Below are positions 1 through 10,357 of a DNA stretch of 64,000 bases, piece by piece; position 1 is the first letter of the stretch, and the number at the start of each line of letters is the position of its first letter. The DNA comes from an uncultured Thermodesulfobacteriota bacterium (GTDB taxonomy: Bacteria > Desulfobacterota > WTBG01 > CAIYCZ01 > CAIRTM01): positions 19,914-83,913 of the forward strand of contig CAZUMW010000003.1 in the NCBI GenBank assembly GCA_964621615.1, read 5' to 3'. The notes beneath the pieces are model-generated. The model did not search any database and had not been told where the DNA came from. It worked only from the letters and a program-made list of their open reading frames with translations. A program made the position numbers and the translations under genes.

Positions 1-361
1 TGCGGCTTTCCCCTGCCCGTGCAGCCTCATCTGCCGAGCGGCTTCGCGCGGCACCCGCCTGCATGCCGATTGCGGGAAGCCGGTCGGCAAACGCAATGCG
101 CGCCACGGCGCGGGCTTCATCAACCCGTGCCATGGCGTGTTTCAGCTCACGGTTGTGGGCAATGGCCTCTTGTTCGATCCGGCTAAGTACAGGGTCGCGA
201 AAAACAGTCCACCACTGAGCAGCGATAAAGGGAGCGGCCAGCGATGCTGCGTTGTCGCTTCCCTGGGGTAATTCCTGTACAGGCCGCATATAGTCAGGCC
301 CGAGCGCGCACCCTGAAAGCAGAAGCAAGAGAAAAAATAAAAAGCGACAGTCTTCCAGCAT
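1..361 (-). CDS. Efflux outer-membrane factor (OprM/NodT family) lipoprotein, 5' part; runs off the window edge
   Basis: Not in the ORF track. Manual translation from ATG 361 gives MLEDCRFLFFLLLLLSGCALGPDYMRP...QWWTVFRDPVLSRIEQEAIAHNRELKHAMARVDEARA, with lipobox LSGC and the WW..F.DP.L motif. Directly downstream of the RND permease. Confidence 0.9.
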   Translation of the reverse strand, partial: MLEDCRFLFFLLLLLSGCALGPDYMRPVQELPQGSDNAASLAAPFIAAQWWTVFRDPVLSRIEQEAIAHNRELKHAMARVDEARAVARIAFADRLPAIGMQAGAARSRSADEAARAGESR

Positions 362-364
362 ACC

Positions 365-3300
365 TTAATTCCGTTTTTCCGGCCTGTATCTGTTCCTGCC
401 GGGCAAAGCCGGCAGCAGAAAAACAGGCCTGAATGCTCCGAGGCGCTCTGCAAAGCGCATGACGCCCACAAAAAACAGGGGCACAAAAAAGGTTGCGATA
501 AAGGTCGAGGCAAGCATGCCCCCCACAACGCCCGTGCCGATTGAGTGACGGCTCGCGGCGCCGGCGCCTGAGCTGATCGCGAGCGGCAGGCAGCCAAGAA
601 TAAATGCCAGAGAGGTCATGACAATCGGCCTGAAGCGCTGCCGGGCTGCCTCGACAGCGGCCGGTATCAGCGCCGTTCCGCTCAGGTGTTTTTTAAGGGC
701 AAACTCGACAATCAGAATCGCATTTTTGGCCGACAGCCCGATAAGCGTTACCAGCGCAATCTGAAAGTACACATCATTGGGAAGACCCCGCATCCAGATA
801 AGCCCTATAGCCCCGAACATGGAAAAGGGAACCGAGATAAGCACCACAAAGGGCAGCGACCACTTTTCATACTGGGCTGCAAGGATCAGAAACACCACGA
901 TGAGCCCCATGATAAAGGCAAGCAGCGATGCGCTGCCGGCAAGCTTTTCCTGATAGGAGCTGCCGGTCCAGGCCAGGGTGTAGGTGCCGGGGAGGGTTTC
1001 CAGAGCGAGCTCCTCCATTGCCAGCAGGGCCTGGCCCGAGCTGTACCCGGGCGCGGGCGCGCCGACGATTTTGCCGGCCGGAAACACATTGAAGCGCTCC
1101 ACGATGTCGGGCCCCACGATGGGCGCCAGCCGCACCATCGATGACAGCGGAATCATATCACCATCCGCCGTGCGCACGAACACCTCCCGCAGGTGTTCGG
1201 GAATGCTCCTGAACGCTGCGTCCGACTGCATCATAACCCTGAAGGTGCGGCCCGATTTGTTGAAATCGTTGATGTAGTAGTCGCCGAAAGTTGCCTGCAT
1301 GGTGGTGAAAATCATGTCTTTTGAAATTCCGAGCGCATAGGCTTTCTCGAGGTCTGGCTTCACCCGGTACTGCGGCGCTGCAACGCGAAAGGTCGTGTCG
1401 ATGCGGGATATTTCAGGCCGGGCGACGGCGGCCTCCAGAAAGCGGTCGATCTGCCGGCCCAGCTCCGCGCTTCCGTCGTCGCCGCGATTCTGGATGTAGC
1501 CCTCGAACCCGCCGGTCAGGCTCATGCCTTCAATCGGCGGCGGGCTGAAGATAATGAAGCGCGCATCAGGTATGCTCTCCCCGGCCTCCCGCATAAGCTC
1601 TGCGGCGATGCGCTCCGGCGACTGGGACTCATCCGGGCGCTTGTCCCAGTGCAGCAGCGGCATGAACACCGAGGCAGAATTGTTCTTCATGGCGCCGGAG
1701 AGCAGGTCGATGCCGGCATAGGTCTCGATGTCGTCGATCATGGGATGCGCGAGAGCGATTTCCGTAAAGGCGTCCATGGCCCGCTCGGTCCGCTTGAGCG
1801 AGGCGCCTTCATCCAGATTGGCAAACCCGAAAAGGTGAGCCTGATCTTCATTCGGGACAAGGCTGCCCGGAACGGTACGGAACAGCACATATGTCAGGCC
1901 TGTCATGAGAAAGAAAACAACCAAAGCGGCCGGTGCGTGACGGATAACGGATTTGACAAGGCGGATATAGCCGTTTGTGCACGTGCCGAACCAGGCATCA
2001 AACCGCTCAGGCAGCCCCTTTCCTGACCCGTCACCTGGCTTCAGCAGAAGCGCTGAAAGGGCGGGAGTGAGGGTCAGGGCGACGATGCCTGATATGATGA
2101 CCGAGATGCTGATGGTAATGGCAAACTGCCGGTACATGGTGCCGGCCAGCCCCTGCATGAAGGCAACCGGCACGAAAACAGCGCACAGCACGAGCACAAT
2201 GGCGATAATGGGCCCGGTGACCTGCTGCATGGCCTTTATCGTGGCATCCCGGGGGTTGAGCTTCTCGTCCCGCATGATGCGCTCGACGTTTTCAATGACG
2301 ACAATGGCGTCATCGACCACGATGCCGATCGACAGCACCAGGCCGAACAGCGTCAGCGTGTTGATTGAGAACCCGAACGCATACATCCCGGCAAAGGCCC
2401 CGACAATGGAAACCGGCACAGCCAGGCACGGGATGAGGGTTGCCCGCAGGCTCTTGAGGAAGACAAAGACGATCAGAAATACCAGCACCGCAGCCTCGAA
2501 CAGGGTGATGACCAGCTCATTTATGGAGATGCGCACGAATGTGGTCGTGTCATAGGGGACGCCGTAGTCGACTCCCGGTGGAAAGCGTTTTTTCAGCTCC
2601 TCCATGCGTGCCAGCACCGCATCCGCGGTTGCGATGGCGTTTGCCCCGGCAGAGAGATTGATGATGATCGGCACGGCCAGGTTCCCGTTCATTTTGCCGG
2701 TAAACTCGTAGACCTGCGCGCCCAGCTCCACCTCGGCAACGTCTCTGAGCCGAAGGCAGCTGCCGTCGGGATTGGCGCGCAGGATGATGTCGCCGAACTG
2801 CCCGGGGGTGTCCAGGCGGCCGCGCACGATCAGGGAGTGGACCCGGCCGGTGTCCTTTCCTGTCGGGGGCTGGCCGAGCTTGCCGGCAGCGTACTGCATA
2901 TTCTGCGCGCGCACTGCCGTGGCAATATCGGATGCCGTGAGCCCGAGCTGGGCCATTTTGTCGGGCTTGAGCCAGATGCGGATGGCATAGTCGCGTGCGC
3001 CCCACAGCCAGGCCTGCCCCACGCCGGGAATGCGCTTGAGATCGTCCATTACGTTGATGAGCGCATAATTGCTCAGGTAGGTGGTATCGTACACGCCGCC
3101 CGGAGAGAGCAGTGTTATTACCAGAAGGATTGTCGGCGACTGCTCCTCGACCGTGACCCCGAACCGGCGCACGTCCTCCGGCAGGGTCGGGAGCACTGTC
3201 TGCACGCGGTTGTTAACATCGATTGTGGCCTGGTCGGGATCGGTCCCCACGGCAAAGGTTACTACAATCTGCAGCTTTCCGTCGCTTGAGGCGAGCGAGT

Positions 3301-3538
3301 TCATATAGATCATGTCATCGACGCCATTAATGGCCTGTTCAAGCGGGGCGGCAACGGTCTGTCCCACCACTTCGGCGCTGGCGCCGGTGTAGGTGGCGCG
3401 GACCGACACCGTGGGCGGAACCAGGTCGGGGAACTGCGAAACGGGAAGCCGGCTGAGGGCGATGGCGCCTGCCAGGACGAACAGCAGGGATATGACGCTG
3501 GCAAAAATAGGTCTGTCGATAAAAAAGCGCGAGATCAT
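365..3538 (-). CDS. RND efflux permease subunit (AcrB/MexB, HAE1 family)
   Basis: 1057 aa; MISRFFIDRPIFA start, GIVVDDAIVVIENVER, KNAILIVEFA, RFRPIVMTSLAF. Confidence 0.97.
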   Translation of the reverse strand: MISRFFIDRPIFASVISLLFVLAGAIALSRLPVSQFPDLVPPTVSVRATYTGASAEVVGQTVAAPLEQAINGVDDMIYMNSLASSDGKLQIVVTFAVGTDPDQATIDVNNRVQTVLPTLPEDVRRFGVTVEEQSPTILLVITLLSPGGVYDTTYLSNYALINVMDDLKRIPGVGQAWLWGARDYAIRIWLKPDKMAQLGLTASDIATAVRAQNMQYAAGKLGQPPTGKDTGRVHSLIVRGRLDTPGQFGDIILRANPDGSCLRLRDVAEVELGAQVYEFTGKMNGNLAVPIIINLSAGANAIATADAVLARMEELKKRFPPGVDYGVPYDTTTFVRISINELVITLFEAAVLVFLIVFVFLKSLRATLIPCLAVPVSIVGAFAGMYAFGFSINTLTLFGLVLSIGIVVDDAIVVIENVERIMRDEKLNPRDATIKAMQQVTGPIIAIVLVLCAVFVPVAFMQGLAGTMYRQFAITISISVIISGIVALTLTPALSALLLKPGDGSGKGLPERFDAWFGTCTNGYIRLVKSVIRHAPAALVVFFLMTGLTYVLFRTVPGSLVPNEDQAHLFGFANLDEGASLKRTERAMDAFTEIALAHPMIDDIETYAGIDLLSGAMKNNSASVFMPLLHWDKRPDESQSPERIAAELMREAGESIPDARFIIFSPPPIEGMSLTGGFEGYIQNRGDDGSAELGRQIDRFLEAAVARPEISRIDTTFRVAAPQYRVKPDLEKAYALGISKDMIFTTMQATFGDYYINDFNKSGRTFRVMMQSDAAFRSIPEHLREVFVRTADGDMIPLSSMVRLAPIVGPDIVERFNVFPAGKIVGAPAPGYSSGQALLAMEELALETLPGTYTLAWTGSSYQEKLAGSASLLAFIMGLIVVFLILAAQYEKWSLPFVVLISVPFSMFGAIGLIWMRGLPNDVYFQIALVTLIGLSAKNAILIVEFALKKHLSGTALIPAAVEAARQRFRPIVMTSLAFILGCLPLAISSGAGAASRHSIGTGVVGGMLASTFIATFFVPLFFVGVMRFAERLGAFRPVFLLPALPGRNRYRPEKRN

Positions 3539-4701
3539 GGGCTCTCCGTGCCGGCAATCGCCTCAGGGGGGGCCGCGCGAACCGTCACGCCGGGGCGGAC
3601 TTTCACCATGCCGGCGGTAATTATTGTTTCACCGTTTTTCAGGCCCGAGGAGATAATGCTGCGGCTTCCGATGGAAAAGCGCTCGGAGACCTGCCGCATG
3701 GCGGCTTTCATCTCATGGTCCACAACGTAGACCGACGGCCCCTGCTGGGTCGTGAAGATTGCCTGGCGCGGTATGTACACCACGTTTTTGAGCCGCAGAC
3801 CCCTGAGCCTGACGCGCACGAACTGGCCGGGCATGAGCGCTCTGTCCGGATTGGGCACCTCGGCTTTTGAGCGAACCGTTGCGGTGCGGGGATCCTCGAC
3901 GCTGTCGGTGAACACCACAGTGCCCGGCTGCGGGTGAGCGCGCCCGTCGGGATAGACAATTTCCACCTGCTGCTTTCCCGCCGACCGGGTGAGTATGCCC
4001 TCGCGCTGGAGTTGGCGTATCAGATTAAAGTCTGTGCCGGGAATGGAAAAGTTTACATACAGCGGGTCAACCTGCACCATGGTGGTCAGGAGGCTTGCAT
4101 CGGTTGTGGTCGCCACCAGCGTGCCGACAGAGCAGGACTCCTTGCGCACAATTCCTGAAATAGGAGCATTCACTCTGGTGTACTCGAGCTTAACGCGTGC
4201 GTCATGCATGTTTGCCTGAGCAACCTGCAGATCGGCCCTGGCAGCCTCGTATGCCATTTCAGCCGCATCCCGCTCTTTTTCGCTTACCGCATCTTTTTCA
4301 AATAGCGGAGCAATTCGCCTATACTCGCGCCGTGAGCGCTCAAGCGCGGCTCGTGCCTGTGCCAGCTGCCCCTCTGCGCGGTCACGCGCTATCCGGTACG
4401 GGACGGGATCTATCTGGAAAAGCCGGGTGCCCTGCTTGACAAGCTGTCCTTCCTCAAAGAGCCTCTTTTCAAGAATTCCGCCGACCCGTGCCCTGATCTC
4501 AACTTCAAGATACCCTGCTGTCTGACCGATGAATTCAGGTGCCCAGTCAACGTTTTTTGCCGTAACAACCGTTGTTTCCACAAGCGGAGGAGGCGGGGCG
4601 CTTTTACGAGTGGTGTCTGAGCAGCCTGCTGCTGCCGATAAAACAACAAAGACTACAAGCAGTGCGCCTTTATCGAGCAATGAGACTACCGTTGTTTTCA
4701 T
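3535..4701 (-). CDS. RND periplasmic adaptor (membrane fusion protein), lipoprotein
   Basis: Lipobox AAGC; VEIRARVGG, LFQIDP, APISG, LMPGQFVRV; 4-nt overlap with the permease start. Confidence 0.95.
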   Translation of the reverse strand: MKTTVVSLLDKGALLVVFVVLSAAAGCSDTTRKSAPPPPLVETTVVTAKNVDWAPEFIGQTAGYLEVEIRARVGGILEKRLFEEGQLVKQGTRLFQIDPVPYRIARDRAEGQLAQARAALERSRREYRRIAPLFEKDAVSEKERDAAEMAYEAARADLQVAQANMHDARVKLEYTRVNAPISGIVRKESCSVGTLVATTTDASLLTTMVQVDPLYVNFSIPGTDFNLIRQLQREGILTRSAGKQQVEIVYPDGRAHPQPGTVVFTDSVEDPRTATVRSKAEVPNPDRALMPGQFVRVRLRGLRLKNVVYIPRQAIFTTQQGPSVYVVDHEMKAAMRQVSERFSIGSRSIISSGLKNGETIITAGMVKVRPGVTVRAAPPEAIAGTESP

Positions 4702-4908
4702 CTCTATATGCCTTTTAGAGGTGTATGTAATTACTAATAGTGCAGTCGTATCGTGAGATTAAACAGATGTGCTTACGGCATGGCGGTGAGGCATGCTGCA
4801 ACGTACATGTTTATTGAGACCCCGAAGGCGGGGCGGTTTTATCGATACGATACGTTTCGTTTTGAATCTTAGCCAAAGCTTACCAGCGTGTCAAGACAAA
4901 TCGGATTC

Positions 4909-4947
4909 AAAAAAAGGGGGCGGCATATATCGTTTGCCGCCCCCTTT
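4909..4947 (-). terminator. Rho-independent terminator of the CoA-transferase gene
   Basis: AAAGGGGGCGGCA-N9-TGCCGCCCCCTTT stem, followed by a U-tract on the minus strand. Confidence 0.8.
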
Positions 4948-4991
4948 ATGTTTGCGGAGCAATGATGGTGAATTACGTGTGCTGATACAGC

Positions 4992-6260
4992 TCAGTTTTT
5001 GCTTTTTTCCGCTGCAGGCTCTTTGTAAAGGACGTTTGCCCCGTACAGGGAGGTGATCCGATCGGTGCTGTACCCGAGGGTGTTTGTTAAAATTTCTTCA
5101 GTGTGCTCGCCGAGAAGCGGCCCGTGCCCCTTAACGCCGCAGGGGGATTCTGACATCTTAAGCGGGCTGCCGTACATTCTCATTTTACCCACAAACGGCT
5201 GCTCAACATCCACCATCATTTCCCGTGCCCTGATATGCGGATCATCGTCGGCAAGCTCTTTAATGGAGCGGCAGCGCAGGCAGGGCACCCCGTGCTCGGT
5301 GAGAATGCGCTCTGCTTCCTCGACCGAGTCCTGTGCCATGACCCACTCTTCGACAATTTTGTGGATAAACGGGGCGTTTTCCTGGGTGCAGCGCGTTGAC
5401 ACGCTCTCTGCCCGCGGATCGTCTCTGAGCCATTCATAATCCTTGCCCAGCGCGTCAAGAATGCCTATCCAGCGGGGCTGGGTGAGGCTGGCGATAACGA
5501 TAAGCCCGTTTTTACCCTTGTAAATGCCATAGGGGGCATATCCGGGGTGCAGCCGTCCGATTCTCGGCGGCTCAACCGGCTTGTCCAGGGCGCTCGAGAG
5601 CAGATACCAGGGCAGCGTGTTTTCGTGGAGCGAAAAAAGGCAGTCCATCATGGAAATATCAATATACTGTCCTTTGCCGTGCGTGGTGCGGTAGTACAGG
5701 GCTCCCAGTATGGCGGTGGTTGCATGAATGGATGCGGTCATATCGCCGATGGAAACCGGGGCGATCTGAGGATTTTCATTCTGGTCGGTCCAGCCGCTGG
5801 CGCCCTGCGCGATCATATCATAGCCGGGCAGCTTGCTGTAGGGCCCCGAGTTTCCAAAGCAGGAAACAGAGCAGTAAATAATATCCTCTTTTATCTTCTT
5901 TACGCTCTCATAGTCGAGGTCGAGCCGCTTCATAACCCCGGGAGCGAAATTTTCGATAATAACGTCACTTTTCTTAATCAGCTCATGAATCAGCTCTTTT
6001 CCCTTCGGCTCTTTGAGATTGATGCAGATGCTTTTTTTGCCGCGGTTGCAGTTGATATTGTATGAGCTCTGCTTAACGGCTTCATGGGTTTCCATAATGA
6101 GGGGCAGGTGGCGCTCATTGGTGCCGTCCTTGTAGCGCTCGACTTTTATGACATAGGCTCCCATATCGGCAAGCGTTCGTGTGGCAAACGGCCCGGCCAG
6201 CACCCAGGTGAAGTCAAGCACAGTTAGACCTTCCAGCGGCCCCGGTTTTGTTTGTTCCAT
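4992..6260 (-). CDS. Family III CoA-transferase (CaiB/BaiF)
   Basis: GPLEGLTVLDF, LAGPFAT, NRGKKSI, ENFAPG, PGYDMIAQ, GD active-site motif; start placed at MEQTK after GGAGG. Confidence 0.95.
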   Translation of the reverse strand: MEQTKPGPLEGLTVLDFTWVLAGPFATRTLADMGAYVIKVERYKDGTNERHLPLIMETHEAVKQSSYNINCNRGKKSICINLKEPKGKELIHELIKKSDVIIENFAPGVMKRLDLDYESVKKIKEDIIYCSVSCFGNSGPYSKLPGYDMIAQGASGWTDQNENPQIAPVSIGDMTASIHATTAILGALYYRTTHGKGQYIDISMMDCLFSLHENTLPWYLLSSALDKPVEPPRIGRLHPGYAPYGIYKGKNGLIVIASLTQPRWIGILDALGKDYEWLRDDPRAESVSTRCTQENAPFIHKIVEEWVMAQDSVEEAERILTEHGVPCLRCRSIKELADDDPHIRAREMMVDVEQPFVGKMRMYGSPLKMSESPCGVKGHGPLLGEHTEEILTNTLGYSTDRITSLYGANVLYKEPAAEKSKN

Positions 6261-6426
6261 GTGTAACCTCCGCAATTAGTTTGTCATTGTATTACCGTAA
6301 TCGGTTTGTTGATGGAACCATAAAATGTACTAAATAAGTTAGTAAATGTCAACATTTCAAAATGTTTACAATATGTTGCGTTTTCAGGGGGGAAGGCATT
6401 TCGTCTGCACGCCACCGGCCGGACGT

Positions 6427-7251
6427 CTACCGGCCTTTCCGGAAGTCGTCGATGGACTTTCCCCGGATGCATTCGGCAAGCTCCCACACATAATCATACA
6501 GGTGCAGCCCCTTTGAAGAGGCGATCATCGCACCGTCATCAACGCCGATCTCCGAGGCGATGTATTCCTTCATGACCTGAATGCCCGCCAGGTTTGCGGG
6601 CATGCCTCCCCAGAGATCCCAGGACCTGAAATAAATGATAAAATGGAGCTTGCCGTCCTGTATTCTGGTGTCGATGCTGCGAAGGCAGGGCGGATCGGCG
6701 AGCAGCATATCGCACGGGTGGGCTACCTGAAGAACCATCTGGTTGTTCCGGAAGCCTTTGTTTTTATAGGTCCATATCAGCAGCTCTATCTGGTTGAGGT
6801 ACAGGTTGCCGTTTTCGCGCACAATAATGTTTTCATTTTCCCAAATATCGCGTTCCTGTACCAGAATATCGGCATTGGAGCTGCTGCTGTAGTCATGATA
6901 TTCAGGAGGAAGCGGATATTTGCATATGCGCTGACCATAGGTGTACGACTCCCCCGGCTTGAGCGCCCCGGTCATCAGATACGGTACGTAATCGTCAAGA
7001 TAGTCATCCCCGACAGGGTTGGGCAGCCCGTAGTGGCCGGGAATCCGGGGAAGCAGCGGCCGCACGCCGGGGTATTTAATGTGCAGCGTTATGTAATCGA
7101 ACTCGAGGCGCTTTTGGCCTTCATAGGAGCCCCGGTCTATTGTGTGGTCTCGGCCGGTTTCGATGCATTTGTATACCGCCTGAAACCAGGCGTCGGAAAG
7201 CGAGGTTGCTTCGATGTGAATCGGTGAAAATGCTGCTGCCTGTGTGCTCAT
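6427..7251 (-). CDS. thyA: Thymidylate synthase (ThyA, short archaeal-like type)
   Basis: YTYGQR, catalytic PPCL, FRSWD, PAN, LHLYD. Confidence 0.85.
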   Translation of the reverse strand: MSTQAAAFSPIHIEATSLSDAWFQAVYKCIETGRDHTIDRGSYEGQKRLEFDYITLHIKYPGVRPLLPRIPGHYGLPNPVGDDYLDDYVPYLMTGALKPGESYTYGQRICKYPLPPEYHDYSSSSNADILVQERDIWENENIIVRENGNLYLNQIELLIWTYKNKGFRNNQMVLQVAHPCDMLLADPPCLRSIDTRIQDGKLHFIIYFRSWDLWGGMPANLAGIQVMKEYIASEIGVDDGAMIASSKGLHLYDYVWELAECIRGKSIDDFRKGR

Positions 7252-7367
7252 TGGATCATGCTCCCTGATTCGTCTGAAGGACTATAGCAGTGTTTGCTTT
7301 TTACTTCGCGCGCACAGTGCACGGTATCTGTCAAACAGCTATACGGTTCCGTTTCAACTGCATAAGC

Positions 7368-8738
7368 CTAAAAGCCGGGGCCCGTATCATCCGGCATTGT
7401 CAGCGTATGCGCACTATCGGCAAGCGCTGCTGCAGGCAGTACCGGCAGGTGATCATATGCCGGTATGACGGCTGCCCACAAGGGGGTGCGTATGTCGTTG
7501 TTGCCGATAAAACCGCTCTGAGCGTCGAAATATCCGGGGTTGCCAAGCTGTACAATAAACAAAATATTGTCGATGTCATCGGTGTTGGCGCTGCGGTCCG
7601 CAAGGTGGCTTTTTATATCCTCAAGCGCATCAAATATTTCCTGAGTGGTGGAATCCGGGGAAACAGTGATATCCGAGTCCGCCCGGCTCAGTATCCGGTT
7701 AAGGACTTCCGTGAGCGCCTCACCGTCAAGCGTGCCGGCCCGTATCCATTCTGCAATGGCTTCCCGGTACAGCGCGGCCACGCTCCAGCTTTCAAACAGG
7801 CCGTCAGTGCTGTTGTCCGATGCGGGTGCAAGTGCCAGGTCAACCGCGCCGCGATTGTCTGCACGAACAACTGCGCCGCGGTAGATATAGTTTGCCGCTA
7901 CGGATGTTTCTCCGTCAACAAAATCCTTTCCCCCGCTTAAAATCGACATAAGATAGGGGTAAAAGGCGCTGCCCTCGGCAACAGCCACGTTGGTGTAGCT
8001 GATGTTGCCCGACATGTAGAAGGTGCTGTTATCCTGAGACACTTCAAGCCACAGGGCGGCAGGGATATTTTTCGCTGAATCCTGTGAGGCATCCCCGGAA
8101 TCGAGATTGGCTGCGCGCAGCTCCATTAGATGCCCGCGGCCCGGATCCTCAGTGTCAAAGGTGAGGCGGTACAGCGGGGAGCCGTATGCGTCACCCTTCA
8201 GGTCTCTGGCATAGATAGTTCCTGCATACCGCTGCTGCTCTTTTGTGAAGCGCATATCGAGAACCTTGACCCATGAGCCGGGCTCCTCCCACAGCTCGAT
8301 TACGTAGCCCTGCTCCAGGGCGGAAACCTGTATTTTTTCGCTGCCGCTGTCTGATGTCCACAAAATGATTCCCGTTTTGTCCAGAATATCCATGAGCAAT
8401 TGATTGGAAAAAATGGATGTCTGGATTGATTTGAGAAGATCCTGTGTAAAGGCGATGGCTTCGGCTGCCAGTGGGTTATACGTATCGCGTACCGGATTGT
8501 AGATGGCTGCGATTTCATCAAGAACAGCCTGCTCGGATATTCGTGCCGCCGCTGCGCTTTCGTTGTCCCCGCCGTGCGAACCGCTTTGTGCGGGTGCGCT
8601 CACCGCCTCCGGCAGTGAAAGCAGTGTGTCATCGAGCTGGATTTTTCCCTGTTCTGGCTTCGGGTCATGCCTGTCGCAGCACAGCAATGAAAAAACAAGC
8701 ACAGAGATTTTCAGGACTGCACGGTACCGGTACATCAT
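7368..8738 (-). CDS. Hypothetical exported/lipoprotein
   Basis: Long acidic ORF with N-terminal hydrophobic stretch ending LLCC; no family recognised; start uncertain. Confidence 0.7.
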   Translation of the reverse strand: MMYRYRAVLKISVLVFSLLCCDRHDPKPEQGKIQLDDTLLSLPEAVSAPAQSGSHGGDNESAAAARISEQAVLDEIAAIYNPVRDTYNPLAAEAIAFTQDLLKSIQTSIFSNQLLMDILDKTGIILWTSDSGSEKIQVSALEQGYVIELWEEPGSWVKVLDMRFTKEQQRYAGTIYARDLKGDAYGSPLYRLTFDTEDPGRGHLMELRAANLDSGDASQDSAKNIPAALWLEVSQDNSTFYMSGNISYTNVAVAEGSAFYPYLMSILSGGKDFVDGETSVAANYIYRGAVVRADNRGAVDLALAPASDNSTDGLFESWSVAALYREAIAEWIRAGTLDGEALTEVLNRILSRADSDITVSPDSTTQEIFDALEDIKSHLADRSANTDDIDNILFIVQLGNPGYFDAQSGFIGNNDIRTPLWAAVIPAYDHLPVLPAAALADSAHTLTMPDDTGPGF

Positions 8739-8844
8739 GGTGAGCGTCTCGCTTTCTAAAAGGCGGATAAAGAGTATATCCGGATTTCGTGAAAGATACA
8801 ACCCGAAAGTATGCACAGAGCATCATGGCTCGTTGGTAATATTA

Positions 8845-8881
8845 TTGACATAAGTTGATTATTGGTTAGAATATGTTCTAA
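8845..8881 (+). promoter_or_regulatory. Candidate sigma70 promoter of the porin operon with a palindrome over the -10
   Basis: TTGACA (8845-8850), 16-nt spacer, TAGAAT (8867-8872); palindrome TTAGAA-TATG-TTCTAA at 8866-8881. Confidence 0.45.
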
Positions 8882-8909
8882 TTTGTCAATATATGCAAAG
8901 AAGGTATCT

Positions 8910-10328
8910 ATGGCCCGTTTCCCGCGCTTTGTTTTGTGCCTCTTTCTGTCCCTTATATGTGTTCTTTCACTTGCCTCGTTCTGCCATGCCGGTCCGCTTG
9001 CAGATGAGAAGCTTCTTGAAATACTTGAAAAAAAAGGTTTTCTGACCCCCGGGGAGGTCGAAACGGTCAAGGCCCTCCTGGTGAAGGAAGAGCAGGCGGC
9101 CAAAAAGGACAGCGACAAAGAGGTTGAGGTCGTGTTTGAAGAGGGCCTCCGGATACGTACAAAGGACAGAAAAACATTTACCGCCCGGATCGGCGGCGTC
9201 ATTCAGTCCGATCTCATTATGTTTGACAGTCACTATCCGGTTGACAATGATTTTGATATCCGGCGCGCGCGTATTTTTATTGAGGGCCGCCTGTATGATT
9301 ATTTTGCCTATAAGTTTGAGGCGGAGCTTGAGGGCAGCTCAAGCAATCGTCTTGTAGATGCGTATATCAACTTTGATTATTTTCCCTGGCTTCAGCTTCA
9401 GCTGGGGCAGTTCAAGGAGCCGTTCAGCCTTGAGCACCTCATATCGGATAAGTACCTGCCGTTTAACGAGCGCTCGATGGGATATTACCTGACTCCGGCC
9501 CGGGATGTTGGCTTTATGGTGCACGGCGCGCTGCTGGGAGATTCAGTGCATTATGCGCTCGGCTATTTTAACGGTGACGGCCGGGATGCGAACAGGCGAA
9601 GCCAGAAAGACGATAAAGAGGTAACCGGGCGGATTGTTGTGCAGCCGTTCCGACACTGGGGGGGCCGTCTGCTGCGGGGGCTCTATGTCGGGGGCTCCGG
9701 ATCATATTCTCGGCTTGATACGTCTGATTTCAACTACAAAATGCGCACCCCGGCGCGCACCACGTTTTTTACCGTGCAGGCGCGGGCTAAATTTCACATG
9801 ACCCGCGAGGTGGACACGCTTGAGCGCTATGCAGCCGAGCTTGCCTATACGTGGGGGCCGCTGCTTGTGACGGGAGAGTATTTCCGCAACAGGTTCAGCG
9901 ATGTGAAGCTGGCGGACACGACCGTATTTGATTTTGACATGAGGGCCTGGTATGCGGGGCTTCTTGTTATGCTGACCGGGGAGCGTCCGGTTATGAAAGG
10001 AGGTGTGCTGCAAAAAATACGTCCTCGACACTGTTTCAATATCCGGAAGCGAACCTGGGGGGCGTTCGGCATAGGATTCCGATTCCAGGAGTTCGAGGCC
10101 GGCCGGGTTGTGTACCGGTCGCTGGTGCAGGAGGGGCTCAGCGTCCGTGAGGCGGAGGCGTTTACCATTGCGCTTAACTGGTATCTGAACGATATGATGC
10201 GCTTTTCGTTCAACTACAGCCGGACGCATTTTAAAGACCCGCTGTATCTCGGCACGCACTGGAAGGGATATTCCTATTACGAAGACACAGAGCATGCGTG
10301 GACAACACGGTTTCAGCTGGAATTTTAA
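8910..10328 (+). CDS. OprO/OprP-family (phosphate-selective type) porin
   Basis: Signal peptide; FDIRRARI, LVDAY, GQFKEPFSLE, ALNWYLN; C-terminal RFQLEF. Confidence 0.85.
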   Translation: MARFPRFVLCLFLSLICVLSLASFCHAGPLADEKLLEILEKKGFLTPGEVETVKALLVKEEQAAKKDSDKEVEVVFEEGLRIRTKDRKTFTARIGGVIQSDLIMFDSHYPVDNDFDIRRARIFIEGRLYDYFAYKFEAELEGSSSNRLVDAYINFDYFPWLQLQLGQFKEPFSLEHLISDKYLPFNERSMGYYLTPARDVGFMVHGALLGDSVHYALGYFNGDGRDANRRSQKDDKEVTGRIVVQPFRHWGGRLLRGLYVGGSGSYSRLDTSDFNYKMRTPARTTFFTVQARAKFHMTREVDTLERYAAELAYTWGPLLVTGEYFRNRFSDVKLADTTVFDFDMRAWYAGLLVMLTGERPVMKGGVLQKIRPRHCFNIRKRTWGAFGIGFRFQEFEAGRVVYRSLVQEGLSVREAEAFTIALNWYLNDMMRFSFNYSRTHFKDPLYLGTHWKGYSYYEDTEHAWTTRFQLEF

Positions 10329-10357
10329 CGATACCGCAAAAAGGGAAGGAGGGTTCA

